64,000 nt of DNA from Yuukianura sp. NJ FZ-2021 (lineage: Eukaryota). The stretch lies in contig JAJCTO010000009.1 in NCBI GenBank assembly GCA_046563655.1, positions 620,001 through 684,000 of the forward strand, given 5' to 3'. The notes beneath the pieces were generated by a model. That model was not told the origin of the DNA. It saw only the letters and a program-made list of their open reading frames with translations, and did not search any database. Positions 6,380 through 21,300 of the stretch are shown here, piece after piece (the first letter of the stretch is position 1; each line of letters opens with the position of its first letter). Both the position numbers and the translations under genes were made by a program.

Positions 6380-9300
6380 CAGCATTATTTGTTATTTTGA
6401 TTAAAATTTTTAGGAAATACTTTTTTATGTCATACTACCACCTTGCACTTCCAATAAAGCACACCTGAATAACTGGTGTTCAACAATAATCTGGAATTAT
6501 ATTTTAGCCCAACTCCACATTGCAACAAGTGCATAAATCTAACTGTCATTTTGGTATAAACTAATGTGGGAACTATACAACGAAGTGTTAAACATACTGA
6601 AAAATGGAATTTATGCCTTGTTATCGCTTATAACCATCTTCATGGAACGCATCTAATACCGGTCCACTTTGTCGTAGTGCATCAACGACTATTACACACG
6701 GTGAACCACTTGTTGTCAGCCTTCATCTTTGAGCTCAAAAGAGAAGTGCCGGTGAAATGACAAGCTCGCCCTCACTACAGATACCAACCGGTACTCATTT
6801 TGACACTGTGAATCACAATGACTCAGACGGCAACTGAAGTTCAGGGGAAATCCCATTATTACATTTTCTAAATGAAAATCGAACATTCAGCATTATTTGT
6901 TATTTTGATTAAAATTTTTAGAAAATACTTTTTTATGTCATACTACCACCTTGCACTTCCAATAAAGCACACCTGAGTAACTGGTGTTCAACAATAATCT
7001 GGAATTATATTTTAGCCCAACTCCACTATGCAACAAGTGCCTAAATCTAACCGTCATTTAGGTTTAACTAATGTGGGAACTATACAACGAAGATTTAAAC
7101 ATACTGAAAAATGGAATTTATGCCTTGTTATCGCTTATAACCATCTTCATGGAACGCATCTAATACCGGTCCACTTTGTCGTAGTGCATCAACGACTATT
7201 ACACACGGTGAACCACTTGTTGTCAGCCTTCATCTTTGAGCACAAAGGAGAAGTGCCGGTGAAATGACAAGCTCGCCCTCACTACAGATACCAACCAGTA
7301 CTCATTTTGACACTATGAATCACAATGACTCAGACGGCAACTGAACTATTACATTTTCTAAATCAAAATCGAACATTCCGCATTATTTGTTATTTTGATT
7401 AAAATTGTTAGGAAAGACTTTTTTATGTCATACTACCACCTTGCACTTCCAACAAAACACACCTGAATAACTAACTGGTGCTCAACACTAATCTGGAATT
7501 ATGTTTTAGCCCAACTCCACTATGCAACAAGTGCATAAATCTAACTGTCATTTTGGTATAAACTAATGTGGGAACTATACAACGAAGTTTTAAACATACC
7601 GAAAAATGGAATTTATGCCTTGTTATCGCTTATAACCATCTTCATGGAACGCATCTAATACCGGTCCACTTTGTCGTAGTGCATCAACGACTATTACATA
7701 CGGTGAACCACTTGTTGTCAGCCTTCATCTTTGAGCTCAAAGGAGAAGTGCCGGTGAAATGACAAGCGCGACCTCACTACAAATACCAACCAGTACTCAT
7801 TTTGACACCATGATACACAATGACTCCGACGGCAATGGAACTTCAGGGGATCCCATTATTACATTTTCTAAATCAAAATCGAACATTCCGCATTATTTGT
7901 TATTTTGATTAAAATTGTTAGGAAAGACTTTTTTATGTCATACTACCACCTTGCACTTCCAACAAAACACACCTGAATAACTAACTGGTGCTCAACACTA
8001 ATCTGGAATTATGTTTTAGCCCAACTCCACTATGCAACAAGTGCATAAATCTAACTGTCATTTTGGTATAAACTAATGTGGGAACTATACAACGAAGTTT
8101 TAAACATACCGAAAAATGGAATTTATGCCTTGTTATCGCTTATAACCATGTTCATGGAACGCATCTAATACCGGTCCACTTTGTCGTTGTGCATCAAAGA
8201 CTATTACACACGGTGAACCACTTGTTGTCAGCCTTCATCTTTGAGCTCAAAGGAGAAGTGCCGGTGAAATGACAAGCTCGCCCTCACTACAAATAACAAC
8301 CAGTACTCATTTTGACACCATGATACACAATAACTCCGACGGCAATGGAGCTTCAGGGGATCCCATCATTACATTTTCTAAATCAAAATCGAACATTCCG
8401 CATTATTTGTTATTTTGATTAAAATTGTTAGGAAAGACTTTTTTAAGTCATACTACCACCTTGCACTTCCAATAAAGCACACCTGAGTAACTGGTGTTCA
8501 ACAATAATCTTTAATTATATTTTAGCCCAACTCCACTATGCAACAAGTGCCTAAATCTAACCGTCATTTAGGTTTAACTAATGTGGGAACTATACAACGA
8601 AGATTTAAACATACTGAAAAATGGAATTTATGCCTTGTTATCGCTTATAACCATCTTCATGGAACGCATCTAATACCGGTCCACTTTGTCGTAGTGCATC
8701 AACGACTATTACACACGGTGAACCACTTGTTGTCAGCCTTCATCTTTGAGCACAAAGGAGAAGTGCCGGTGAAATGACAAGCTCGCCCTCACTACAGATA
8801 CCAACCAGTACTCATTTTGACACTATGAATCACAATAACTCAGACGGCAACTGAACTATTACATTTTCTAAATCAAAATCGAACATTCCGCAGTGTTTGT
8901 TATTTTGATTAAAATTGTTAGGAAAGACTTTTTTATGTCATACTACCACCTTGCACTTTCAATAAAGCACACCTGAGTAACTGATGTTCAACAATAATCT
9001 GGAATTATATTTTAGCCCAACTCTACTATGCAACAAATGCATAAATCTAACTGTCATTTTGGTATAAACTAATGTAGGAACTATACAACGAAGTTTTAAA
9101 CATACTGAAAAATGGAATTTATGCCTTGTTATCGCTTATAACCATCTTCATGGAACGCATCTAATACCGGTCCACTTTGTCGTAGTGCATCAACGACTAT
9201 TACACACGGTGAACCACTTGTTGTCAGCCTTCATCTTTGAGCTCAAAGGAGAAGTGCCGGTGAAATGACAAGCGCGACCTCACTACAAATACCAACCAGT

Positions 9301-12300
9301 ACTCATTTTGACACCATGATACACAATGACTCAGACGGCAACTGAACTTCAGGGAAAATCCCATTATTACATTTTCTAAATCAAAATCGAACATTCAGCA
9401 TTATTTGTTATTTTGATTAAAATTTTTAGAAAATACTTTTTTATGTCATACTACCACCTTGCACTTCCAATAAAGCACATCTGAAAAACTGGTGTTCAAC
9501 ACTAATCTGGAATTATATTTTAGCCCAACTCCACTATGCAACAAGTGCATAAATCTGACTGTCATTTTGGTATAAACTAATGTGGGAACTATACAACGAA
9601 GTTTTAAACATACCGAAAAATGGAATTTATGCCTTGTTATCGCTTATAACCATCTTCATGGAACGCATCTAATACCGGTCCACTTTGTCGTAGTGCATCA
9701 ACGACTATTACATACGGTGAACCACTTGTTGTCAGCCTTCATCTTTGAGCTCAAAGGAGAAGTGCCGGTGAAATGACAAGCTCTCCCTCACTACAAATAA
9801 CAACCAGTACTCATTTTGACACCATGATACACAATAACTCCGACGGCAATGTAGCTTCAGGGGATCCCATCATTACATTTTCTAAATCAAAATCGAACAT
9901 TCAGCATTATTTGTTATTTTGATTAAAATTTTTAGAAAATACTTTTTTATGTCATACTACCACCTTGCACTTCCAACAAAACACACCTGAATAACTAACT
10001 GGTGCTCAACACTAATCTGGAATTATGTTTTAGCCCAACTCCACTATGCAACAAGTGCATAAATCTAACTGTCATTTTGGTATAAACTAATGTGGGAACT
10101 ATACAACGAAGTTTTAAACATACCGAAAAATGGAATTTATGCCTTGTTATCGCTTATAACCATGTTCATGGAACGCATCTAATACCGGTCCACTTTGTCG
10201 TTGTGCATCAAAGACTATTACACACGGTGAACCACTTGTTGTCAGCCTTCATCTTTGAGCTCAAAGGAGAAGTGCCGGTGAAATGACAAGCGCGACCTCA
10301 CTACAAATACCAACCAGTACTCATTTTGACACCATGATACACAATGACTCCGACGGCAATGGAACTTCAGGGGATCCCATTATTACATTTTCTAAATCAA
10401 AATCGAACATTCCGCATTATTTGTTATTTTGATTAAAATTGTTAGGAAAGACTTTTTTATGTCATACTACCACCTTGCACTTCCAACAAAACACACCTGA
10501 ATAACTGGTGTTCAACAATAATCTGGAATTATATTTTAGCCCAACTCCACTATGCAACAAGTGCATAAATCTAACTGTCATTTTGGTATAAACTAATGTG
10601 GGAACTATACAACGAAGTTTTAAACATACTGAAAAATGGAATTTATGCCTTGTTATCGCTTATAACCATCTTCATGGAACGCATCTAATACCGGTCCACT
10701 TTGTCGTAGTGCATCAACGACTATTACACACGGTGAACCACTTGTTGTCAGCCTTCATCTTTGAGCTCAAAGGAGAAGTGCCGGTGAAATGACAAGCGCG
10801 ACCTCACTACAAATACCAACCAGTACTCATTTTGACACCATGATACACAATGACTGAGACGGCAACTGAACTTCAGGGGAAATCACATTATTACATTTTC
10901 TATAGCAAAATCGAACATTCAGCATTATTTGTTATTTTGATTAAAATTTTTAGGAAATACTTTTTTATGTCATACTACCACCTTGCACTTCCAATAAAGC
11001 ACACCTGAATAACTGGTGTTCAACAATAATCTGGAATTATATTTTAGCCCAACTCCACCTTGCAACAAGTGCATAAATCTAACTGTCATTTTGGTATAAA
11101 CTAATGTGGGAACTATACAACGAAGTGTTAAACATACTGAAAAATGGAATTTATGCCTTGTTATCGCTTATAACCATCTTCATGGAACGCATCTAATACC
11201 GGTCCACTTTGTCGTAGTGCATCAACGACTATTACACACGGTGAACCACTTGTTGTCAGCCTTCATCTTTGAGCTCAAAGGAGAAGTGCCGGTGAAATGA
11301 CAAGCTCGCCCTCACTACAGATACCAACCAGTACTCATTTTGACACTATGAATCACAATGACTCAGACGGCAACTGAAATTCAGGGGATCCCATCATTAC
11401 ATTTTCTAAATCAAAATCGAACATTCAGCATTATTTGTTATTTTGATTAAAATTTTTAGAAAATACTTTTTTATGTCATACTACCACCTTGCACTTCCAA
11501 TAAAGCACACCTGAGTAACTGGTGTTCAACAATAATCTGGAATTATATTTTAGCCCAACTCCACTATGCAACAAGTGCCTAAATCTAACCGTCATTTAGG
11601 TTTAAACTAATGTGGGAACTATACAACGAAGATTTAAACATACTGAAAAATGGAATTTATGCCTTGTTATCGCTTATAACCATCTTCATGGAACGCATCT
11701 AATACCGGTCCACTTTGTCGTAGTGCATCAACGACTATTACACACGGTGAACCACTTGTTGTCAGCCTTCATCTTTGAGCACAAAGGAGAAGTGCCGGTG
11801 AAATGACAAGCTCGCCCTCACTACAGATACCAACCAGTACTCATTTTGACACTATGAATCACAATGACTCAGACGGCAACTGAACTTCAGGGGAAATCCC
11901 ATTATTACATTTTCTAAATCAAAATCGAACATTCCGCATTATTTGTTATTTTGATTAAAATTGTTAGGAAAGACTTTTTTATGTCATACTACCACCTTGC
12001 ACTTCCAACAAAACACACCTGAATAACTAACTGGTGCTCAACACTAATCTGGAATTATGTTTTAGCCCAACTCCACTATGCAACAAGTGCATAAATCTAA
12101 CTGTCATTTTGGTATAAACTAATGTGGGAACTATACAACGAAGTTTTAAACATACCGAAAAATGGAATTTATGCCTTGTTATCGCTTATAACCATGTTCA
12201 TGGAACGCATCTAATACCGGTCCACTTTGTCGTAGTGCATCAACGACTATTACACACGGTGAACCACTTGTTGTCAGCCTTCATCTTTGAGCTCAAAGGA

Positions 12301-15300
12301 GAAGTGCCGGTGAAATGACAAGCGCGACCTCACTACAAATACCAACCAGTACTCATTTTGACACCATGATACACAATGACTCCGACGGCAATGGAACTTC
12401 AGGGGATCCCATTATTACATTTTCTAAATCAAAATCGAACATTCCGCATTATTTGTTATTTTGATTAAAATTGTTAGGAAAGACTTTTTTATGTCATACT
12501 ACCACCTTGCACTTCCAACAAAACACACCTGAATAACTAACTGGTGCTCAACACTAATCTGGAATTATGTTTTAGCCCAACTCCACTATGCAACAAGTGC
12601 ATAAATCTAACTGTCATTTTGGTATAAACTAATGTGGGAACTATACAACGAAGTTTTAAACATACCGAAAAATGGAATTTATGCCTTGTTATCGCTTATA
12701 ACCATGTTCATGGAACGCATCTAATACCGGTCCACTTTGTCGTAGTGCATCAACGACTATTACACACGGTGAACCACTTGTTGTCAGCCTTCATCTTTGA
12801 GCTCAAAGGAGAAGTGCCGGTGAAATGACAAGCTCGCCCTCACTACAGATACCAACCAGTACTCATTTTGACACTATAAATCACAATGACTCAGACGGCA
12901 ACTGAACTTCAGGGGAAATCCCATTATTACATTTTCTAAATCAAAATCGAACATTCCGCATTATTTGTTATATTGATTAGAATTTTTAGGAAATAATTTT
13001 TTATGTCATACTACCACCTTGCACTTCCAATAAAGCACACCTGAGTAACTGGTGTTCAACAATAATCTGGAATTATATTTTAGCCCAACTCCACTATGCA
13101 ACAAGTGCCTAAATCTAACCGTCATTTAGGTTTAAACTAATGTGGGAACTATACAACGAAGATTTAAACATACTGAAAAATGGAATTTATGCCTTGTTAT
13201 CGCTTATAACCATCTTCATGGAACGCATCTAATACCGGTCCACTTTGTCGTAGTGCATCAACGACTATTACACACGGTGAACCACTTGTTGTCAGCCTTC
13301 ATCTTTGAGCACAAAGGAGAAGTGCCGGTGAAATGACAAGCTCGCCCTCACTACAGATACCAACCAGTACTCATTTTGACACTATGAATCACAATGACTC
13401 AGACGGCAATGGAACTTCAGGGGATCCCATTATTACATTTTCTAAATCAAAATCGAACATTCCGCATTATTTGTTATTTTGATTAAAATTGTTAGGAAAG
13501 ACTTTTTTATGTCATACTACCACCTTGCACTTCCAACAAAACACACCTGAATAACTAACTGGTGCTCAACACTAATCTGGAATTATGTTTTAGCCCAACT
13601 CCACTATGCAACAAGTGCATAAATCTAACTGTCATTTTGGTATAAACTAATGTGGGAACTATACAACGAAGTTTTAAACATACCGAAAAATGGAATTTAT
13701 GCCTTGTTATCGCTTATAACCATCTTCATGGAACGCATCTAATACCGGTCCACTTTGTCGTAGTGCATCAACGACTATTACATACGGTGAACCACTTGTT
13801 GTCAGCCTTCATCTTTGAGCTCAAAGGAGAAGTGCCGGTGAAATGACAAGCGCGACCTCACTACAAATACCAACCAGTACTCATTTTGACACCATGATAC
13901 ACAATGACTCCGACGGCAATGGAACTTCAGGGGATCCCATTATTACATTTTCTAAATCAAAATCGAACATTCCGCATTATTTGTTATTTTGATTAAAATT
14001 GTTAGGAAAGACTTTTTTATGTCATACTACCACCTTGCACTTCCAACAAAACACACCTGAATAACTAACTGGTGCTCAACACTAATCTGGAATTATGTTT
14101 TAGCCCAACTCCACTATGCAACAAGTGCATAAATCTAACTGTCATTTTGGTATAAACTAATGTGGGAACTATACAACGAAGTTTTAAACATACCGAAAAA
14201 TGGAATTTATGCCTTGTTATCGCTTATAACCATCTTCATGGAACGCATCTAATACCGGTCCACTTTGTCGTAGTGCATCAACGACTATTACATACGGTGA
14301 ACCACTTGTTGTCAGCCTTCATCTTTGAGCTCAAAGGAGAAGTGCCGGTGAAATGACAAGCGCGACCTCACTACAAATACCAACCAGTACTCATTTTGAC
14401 ACCATGATACACAATGACTCCGACGGCAATGGAACTTCAGGGGATCCCATTATTACATTTTCTAAATCAAAATCGAACATTCCGCATTATTTGTTATTTT
14501 GATTAAAATTGTTAGGAAAGACTTTTTTATGTCATACTACCACCTTGCACTTCCAACAAAACACACCTGAATAACTAACTGGTGCTCAACACTAATCTGG
14601 AATTATGTTTTAGCCCAACTCCACTATGCAACAAGTGCATAAATCTAACTGTCATTTTGGTATAAACTAATGTGGGAACTATACAACGAAGTTTTAAACA
14701 TACCGAAAAATGGAATTTATGCCTTGTTATCGCTTATAACCATGTTCATGGAACGCATCTAATACCGGTCCACTTTGTCGTAGTGCATCAACGACTATTA
14801 CACACGGTGAACCACTTGTTGTCAGCCTTCATCTTTGAGCTCAAAGGAGAAGTGCCGGTGAAATGACAAGCTCGCCCTCACTACAAATAACAACCAGTAC
14901 TCATTTTGACACCATGATACACAATAACTCCGACGGCAATGGAGCTTCAGGGGATCCCATCATTACATTTTCTAAATCAAAATCGAACATTCCGCATTAT
15001 TTGTTATTTTGATTAAAATTGTTAGGAAAGACTTTTTTATGTCATACTACCACCTTGCACTTCCAATAAAGCACACCTGAGTAACTGGTGTTCAACAATA
15101 ATCTGGAATTATATTTTAGCCCAACTCCACTATGCAACAAGTGCATAAATCTAACCGTCATTTAGGTTTAACTAATGTGGGAACTATACAACGAAGATTT
15201 AAACATACTGAAAAATGGAATTTATGCCTTGTTATCGCTTATAACCATCTTCATGGAACGCATCTAATACCGGTCCACTTTGTCGTAGTGCATCAACGAC

Positions 15301-18300
15301 TATTACACACGGTGAACCACTTGTTGTCAGCCTTCATCTTTGAGCACAAAGGAGAAGTGCCGGTGAAATGACAAGCTCGCCCTCACTACAGATACCAACC
15401 AGTACTCATTTTGACACTATGAATCACAATGACTCAGACGGCAACTGAACTATTACATTTTCTAAATCAAAATCGAACATTCCGCATTATTTGTTATTTT
15501 GATTAAAATTGTTAGGAAAGACTTTTTTATGTCATACTACCACCTTGCACTTCCAACAAAACACACCTGAATAACTAACTGGTGCTCAACACTAATCTGG
15601 AATTATGTTTTAGCCCAACTCCACTATGCAACAAGTGCATAAATCTAACTGTCATTTTGGTATAAACTAATGTGGGAACTATACAACGAAGTTTTAAACA
15701 TACCGAAAAATGGAATTTATGCCTTGTTATCGCTTATAACCATCTTCATGGAACGCATCTAATACCGGTCCACTTTGTCGTAGTGCATCAACGACTATTA
15801 CATACGGTGAACCACTTGTTGTCAGCCTTCATCTTTGAGCTCAAAGGAGAAGTGCCGGTGAAATGACAAGCGCGACCTCACTACAAATACCAACCAGTAC
15901 TCATTTTGACACCATGATACACAATGACTCCGACGGCAATGGAACTTCAGGGGATCCCATTATTACATTTTCTAAATCAAAATCGAACATTCCGCATTAT
16001 TTGTTATTTTGATTAAAATTGTTAGGAAAGACTTTTTTATGTCATACTACCACCTTGCACTTCCAACAAAACACACCTGAATAACTAACTGGTGCTCAAC
16101 ACTAATCTGGAATTATGTTTTAGCCCAACTCCACTATGCAACAAGTGCATAAATCTAACTGTCATTTTGGTATAAACTAATGTGGGAACTATACAACGAA
16201 GTTTTAAACATACCGAAAAATGGAATTTATGCCTTGTTATCGCTTATAACCATGTTCATGGAACGCATCTAATACCGGTCCACTTTGTCGTTGTGCATCA
16301 ACGACTATTACACACGGTGAACCACTTGTTGTCAGCCTTCATCTTTGAGCTCAAAGGAGAAGTGCCGGTGAAATGACAAGCTCGCCCTCACTACAAATAA
16401 CAACCAGTACTCATTTTGACACCATGATACACAATAACTCCGACGGCAATGGAGCTTCAGGGGATCCCATCATTACATTTTCTAAATCAAAATCGAACAT
16501 TCCGCATTATTTGTTATTTTGATTAAAATTGTTAGGAAAGACTTTTTTATGTCATACTACCACCTTGCACTTCCAATAAAGCACACCTGAGTAACTGGTG
16601 TTCAACAATAATCTGGAATTATATTTTAGCCCAACTCCACTATGCAACAAGTGCATAAATCTAACCGTCATTTAGGTTTAACTAATGTGGGAACTATACA
16701 ACGAAGATTTAAACATACTGAAAAATGGAATTTATGCCTTGTTATCGCTTATAACCATCTTCATGGAACGCATCTAATACCGGTCCACTTTGTCGTAGTG
16801 CATCAACGACTATTACACACGGTGAACCACTTGTTGTCAGCCTTCATCTTTGAGCACAAAGGAGAAGTGCCGGTGAAATGACAAGCTCGCCCTCACTACA
16901 GATACCAACCAGTACTCACTTTGACACTATGAATCACAATGACTCAGACGGCAAAGGAACTTCGGGGGAAATACCATCATTAAATTTTCTAAATCAAAAT
17001 CGAACATTCCGCATTATTTGTTATTTTGATTAAAATTGTTAGGAAAGACTTTTTTATGTCATACTACCACCTTGCACTTCCAACAAAACACACCTGAATA
17101 ACTAACTGGTGCTCAACACTAATCTGGAATTATGTTTTAGCCCAACTCCACTATGCAACAAGTGCATAAATCTAACTGTCATTTTGGTATAAACTAATGT
17201 GGGAACTATACAACGAAGTTTTAAACATACCGAAAAATGGAATTTATGCCTTGTTATCGCTTATAACCATCTTCATGGAACGCATCTAATACCGGTCCAC
17301 TTTGTCGTAGTGCATCAACGACTATTACATACGGTGAACCACTTGTTGTCAGCCTTCATCTTTGAGCTCAAAGGAGAAGTGCCGGTGAAATGACAAGCGC
17401 GACCTCACTACAAATACCAACCAGTACTCATTTTGACACCATGATACACAATGACTCCGACGGCAATGGAACTTCAGGGGATCCCATTATTACATTTTCT
17501 AAATCAAAATCGAACATTCCGCATTATTTGTTATTTTGATTAAAATTGTTAGGAAAGACTTTTTTATGTCATACTACCACCTTGCACTTCCAACAAAACA
17601 CACCTGAATAACTAACTGGTGCTCAACACTAATCTGGAATTATGTTTTAGCCCAACTCCACTATGCAACAAGTGCATAAATCTAACTGTCATTTTGGTAT
17701 AAACTAATGTGGGAACTATACAACGAAGTTTTAAACATACCGAAAAATGGAATTTATGCCTTGTTATCGCTTATAACCATGTTCATGGAACGCATCTAAT
17801 ACCGGTCCACTTTGTCGTTGTGCATCAAAGACTATTACACACGGTGAACCACTTGTTGTCAGCCTTCATCTTTGAGCTCAAAGGAGAAGTGCCGGTGAAA
17901 TGACAAGCTCGCCCTCACTACAAATAACAACCAGTACTCATTTTGACACCATGATATACAATAACTCCGACGGCAATGGAGCTTCAGGGGATCCCATCAT
18001 TACATTTTCTAAATCAAAATCGAACATTCCGCATTATTTGTTATTTTGATTAAAATTGTTAGGAAAGACTTTTTTATGTCATACTACCACCTTGCACTTC
18101 CAATAAAGCACACCTGAGTAACTGGTGTTCAACAATAATCTGGAATTATATTTTAGCCCAACTCCACTATGCAACAAGTGCCTAAATCTAACCGTCATTT
18201 AGGTTTAACTAATGTGGGAACTATACAACGAAGATTTAAACATACTGAAAAATGGAATTTATGCCTTGTTATCGCTTATAACCATCTTCATGGAACGCAT

Positions 18301-21300
18301 CTAATACCGGTCCACTTTGTCGTAGTGCATCAACGACTATTACACACGGTGAACCACTTGTTGTCAGCCTTCATCTTTGAGCACAAAGGAGAAGTGCCGG
18401 TGAAATGACAAGCTCGCCCTCACTACAGATACCAACCAGTACTCATTTTGACACTATGAATCACAATGACTCAGACGGCAACTGAACTATTACATTTTCT
18501 AAATCAAAATCGAACATTCCGCATTATTTGTTATTTTGATTAAAATTGTTAGGAAAGACTTTTTTATGTCATACTACCACCTTGCACTTTCAATAAAGCA
18601 CACCTAAGTAACTGATGTTCAACAATAATCTGGAATTATATTTTAGCCCAACTCCACTATGCAACAAGTGCATAAATCTAACTGTCATTTTGGTATAAAC
18701 TAATGTAGGAACTATACAACGAAGTTTTAAACATACTGAAAAATGGAATTTATGCCTTGTTATCGCTTATAACCATCTTCATGGAACGCATCTAATACCG
18801 GTCCACTTTGTCGTAGTGCATCAACGACTATTACACACGGTGAACCACTTGTTGTCAGCCTTCATCTTTGAGCTCAAAGGAGAAGTGCCGGTGAAATGAC
18901 AAGCGCGACCTCACTACAAATACCAACCAGTACTCATTTTGACACCATGATACACAATGACTCAGACGGCAACTGAACTTCAGGGGAAATCCCATTATTA
19001 CATTTTCTAAATCAAAATCGAACATTCAGCATTATTTGTTATTTTGATTAAAATTTTTAGAAAATACTTTTTTATGTCATACTACCACCTTGCACTTCCA
19101 ATAAAGCACACCTGAAAAACTGGTGTTCAACACTAATCTGGAATTATATTTTAGCCCAACTCCACTATGCAACAAGTGCATAAATCTAACTGTCATTTTG
19201 GTATAAACTAATGTGGGAACTATACAACGAAGTTTTAAACATACCGAAAAATGGAATTTATGCCTTGTTATCGCTTATAACCATCTTCATGGAACGCATC
19301 TAATACCGGTCCACTTTGTCGTAGTGCATCAACGACTATTACACACGGTGAACCACTTGTTGTCAGCCTTCATCTTTGAGCTCAAAGGAGAAGTGCCGGT
19401 GAAATGACAAGCTCGCCCTCACTACAAATACCAACCAGTACTCATTTTGACACCATGATACACAATGACTCCGACGGCAATGGAACTTCAGGGGAAATCC
19501 CATTATTACATTTTCTAAATCAAAATCGAACATTCAGCATTATTTGTTATTTTGATTAAAATTTTTAGAAAATACTTTTTTATGTCATACTACCACCTTG
19601 CACTTCCAATAAAGCACACCTGAAAAACTGGTGTTCAACACTAATCTGGAATTATATTTTAGCCCAACTCCACTATGCAACAAGTGCATAAATCTAACTG
19701 TCATTTTGGTATAAACTAATGTGGGAACTATACAACGAAGTTTTAAACATACCGAAAAATGGAATTTATGCCTTGTTATCGCTTATAACCATCTTCATGG
19801 AACGCATCTAATACCGGTCCACTTTGTCGTAGTGCATCAACGACTATTACACACGGTGAACCACTTGTTGTCAGCCTTCATCTTTGAGCTCAAAGGAGAA
19901 GTGCCGGTGAAATGACAAGCTCGCCCTCACTACAAATACCAACCAGTACTCATTTTGACACCATGAATCACAATGACTCCGACGGCAATGGAACTTCAGG
20001 GAATCCCATTATTACATTTTCTAAATCAAAATCGAACATTCCGCATTATTTGTTATTTTGATTAAAATTGTTAGGAAAGACTTTTTTATGTCATACTACC
20101 ACCTTGCACTTCCAATAAAGCACACCTGAATAACTGGTGTTCAACAATAATCTGGAATTATATTTTAGCCCAACTCCACTATGCAACAAGTGCATAAATC
20201 TAACTGTCATTTTGGTATAAACTAATGTGGGAACTATACAACGAAGTTTTAAACATACTGAAAAATGGAATTTATGCCTTGTTATCGCTTATAACCATCT
20301 TCATGGAACGCATCTAATACCGGTCCACTTTGTCGTAGTGCATCAACGACTATTACACACGGTGAACCACTTGTTGTCAGCCTTCATCTTTGAGCTCAAA
20401 GGAGAAGTGCCGGTGAAATGACAAGCTCGCCCTCACTACAGATACCAACCAGTACTCATTTTGACACTATGAATCACAATGACTCAGACGGCAACTGAAC
20501 TTCAGGGGAAATCCCATTATTACATTTTCTAAATCAAAATCGAACATTCCGCATTATTTGTTATTTTGATTAAAATTGTTAGGAAAGACTTTTTTATGTC
20601 ATACTACCACCTTGCACTTCCAATAAAGCACACCTAAGTAACTGATGTTCAACAATAATCTGGAATTATATTTTAGCCCAACTCCACTATGCAACAAGTG
20701 CATAAATCTAACTGTCATTTTGGTATAAACTAATGTGGGAACTATACAACGAAGTTTTAAACATACCGAAAAATGGAATTTATGCCTTGTTATCGCTTAT
20801 AACCATCTTCATGGAACGCATCTAATACCGGTCCACTTTGTCGTAGTGCATCAACGACTATTACACACGGTGAACCACTTGTTGTCAGCCTTCATCTTTG
20901 AGCTCAAAGGAGAAGTGCCGGTGAAATGACAAGCTCGCCCTCACTACAGATACCAACTAGTACTCATTTTGACACCATGAATCACAATGACTCCGACGGC
21001 AATGGAACTTCAGGGAATCCCATTATTACATTTTCTAAATCAAAATCAAACATTCCGCATTATTTGTTATTTTGATTAAAATTGTTAGGAAAGACTTGTT
21101 TATGTCATACTACCACCTTGCACTTCCAATAAAGCACACCTGAATAACTGGTGTTCAACACTAATCTGGAATTATATTTTAGCCCAACTCCACTATGCAA
21201 CAAGTGCATAAATCTAACTGTCATTTTGGTATAAACTAATGTGGGAACTATACAACGAAGTTTTAAACATACCGAAAAATGGAATTTATGCCTTGTTATC

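Noticed and set aside
7065..7102. Resemblance of ACTAATGTGGGAACTATACAACGAAGATTT to U6 snRNA (ACTAAAATTGGAACGATACAGAGAAGATT)
   Set aside because: The essential ACAGAGA box reads ACAACGA and the rest of U6 is not collinear. Probably chance.
7311..7327. CACTATG/CACAATG heptamers in each satellite unit as Transib ends or RSS
   Set aside because: No inverted partner, TSD, nonamer or further TIR similarity, and one heptamer is polymorphic (CACCATG).
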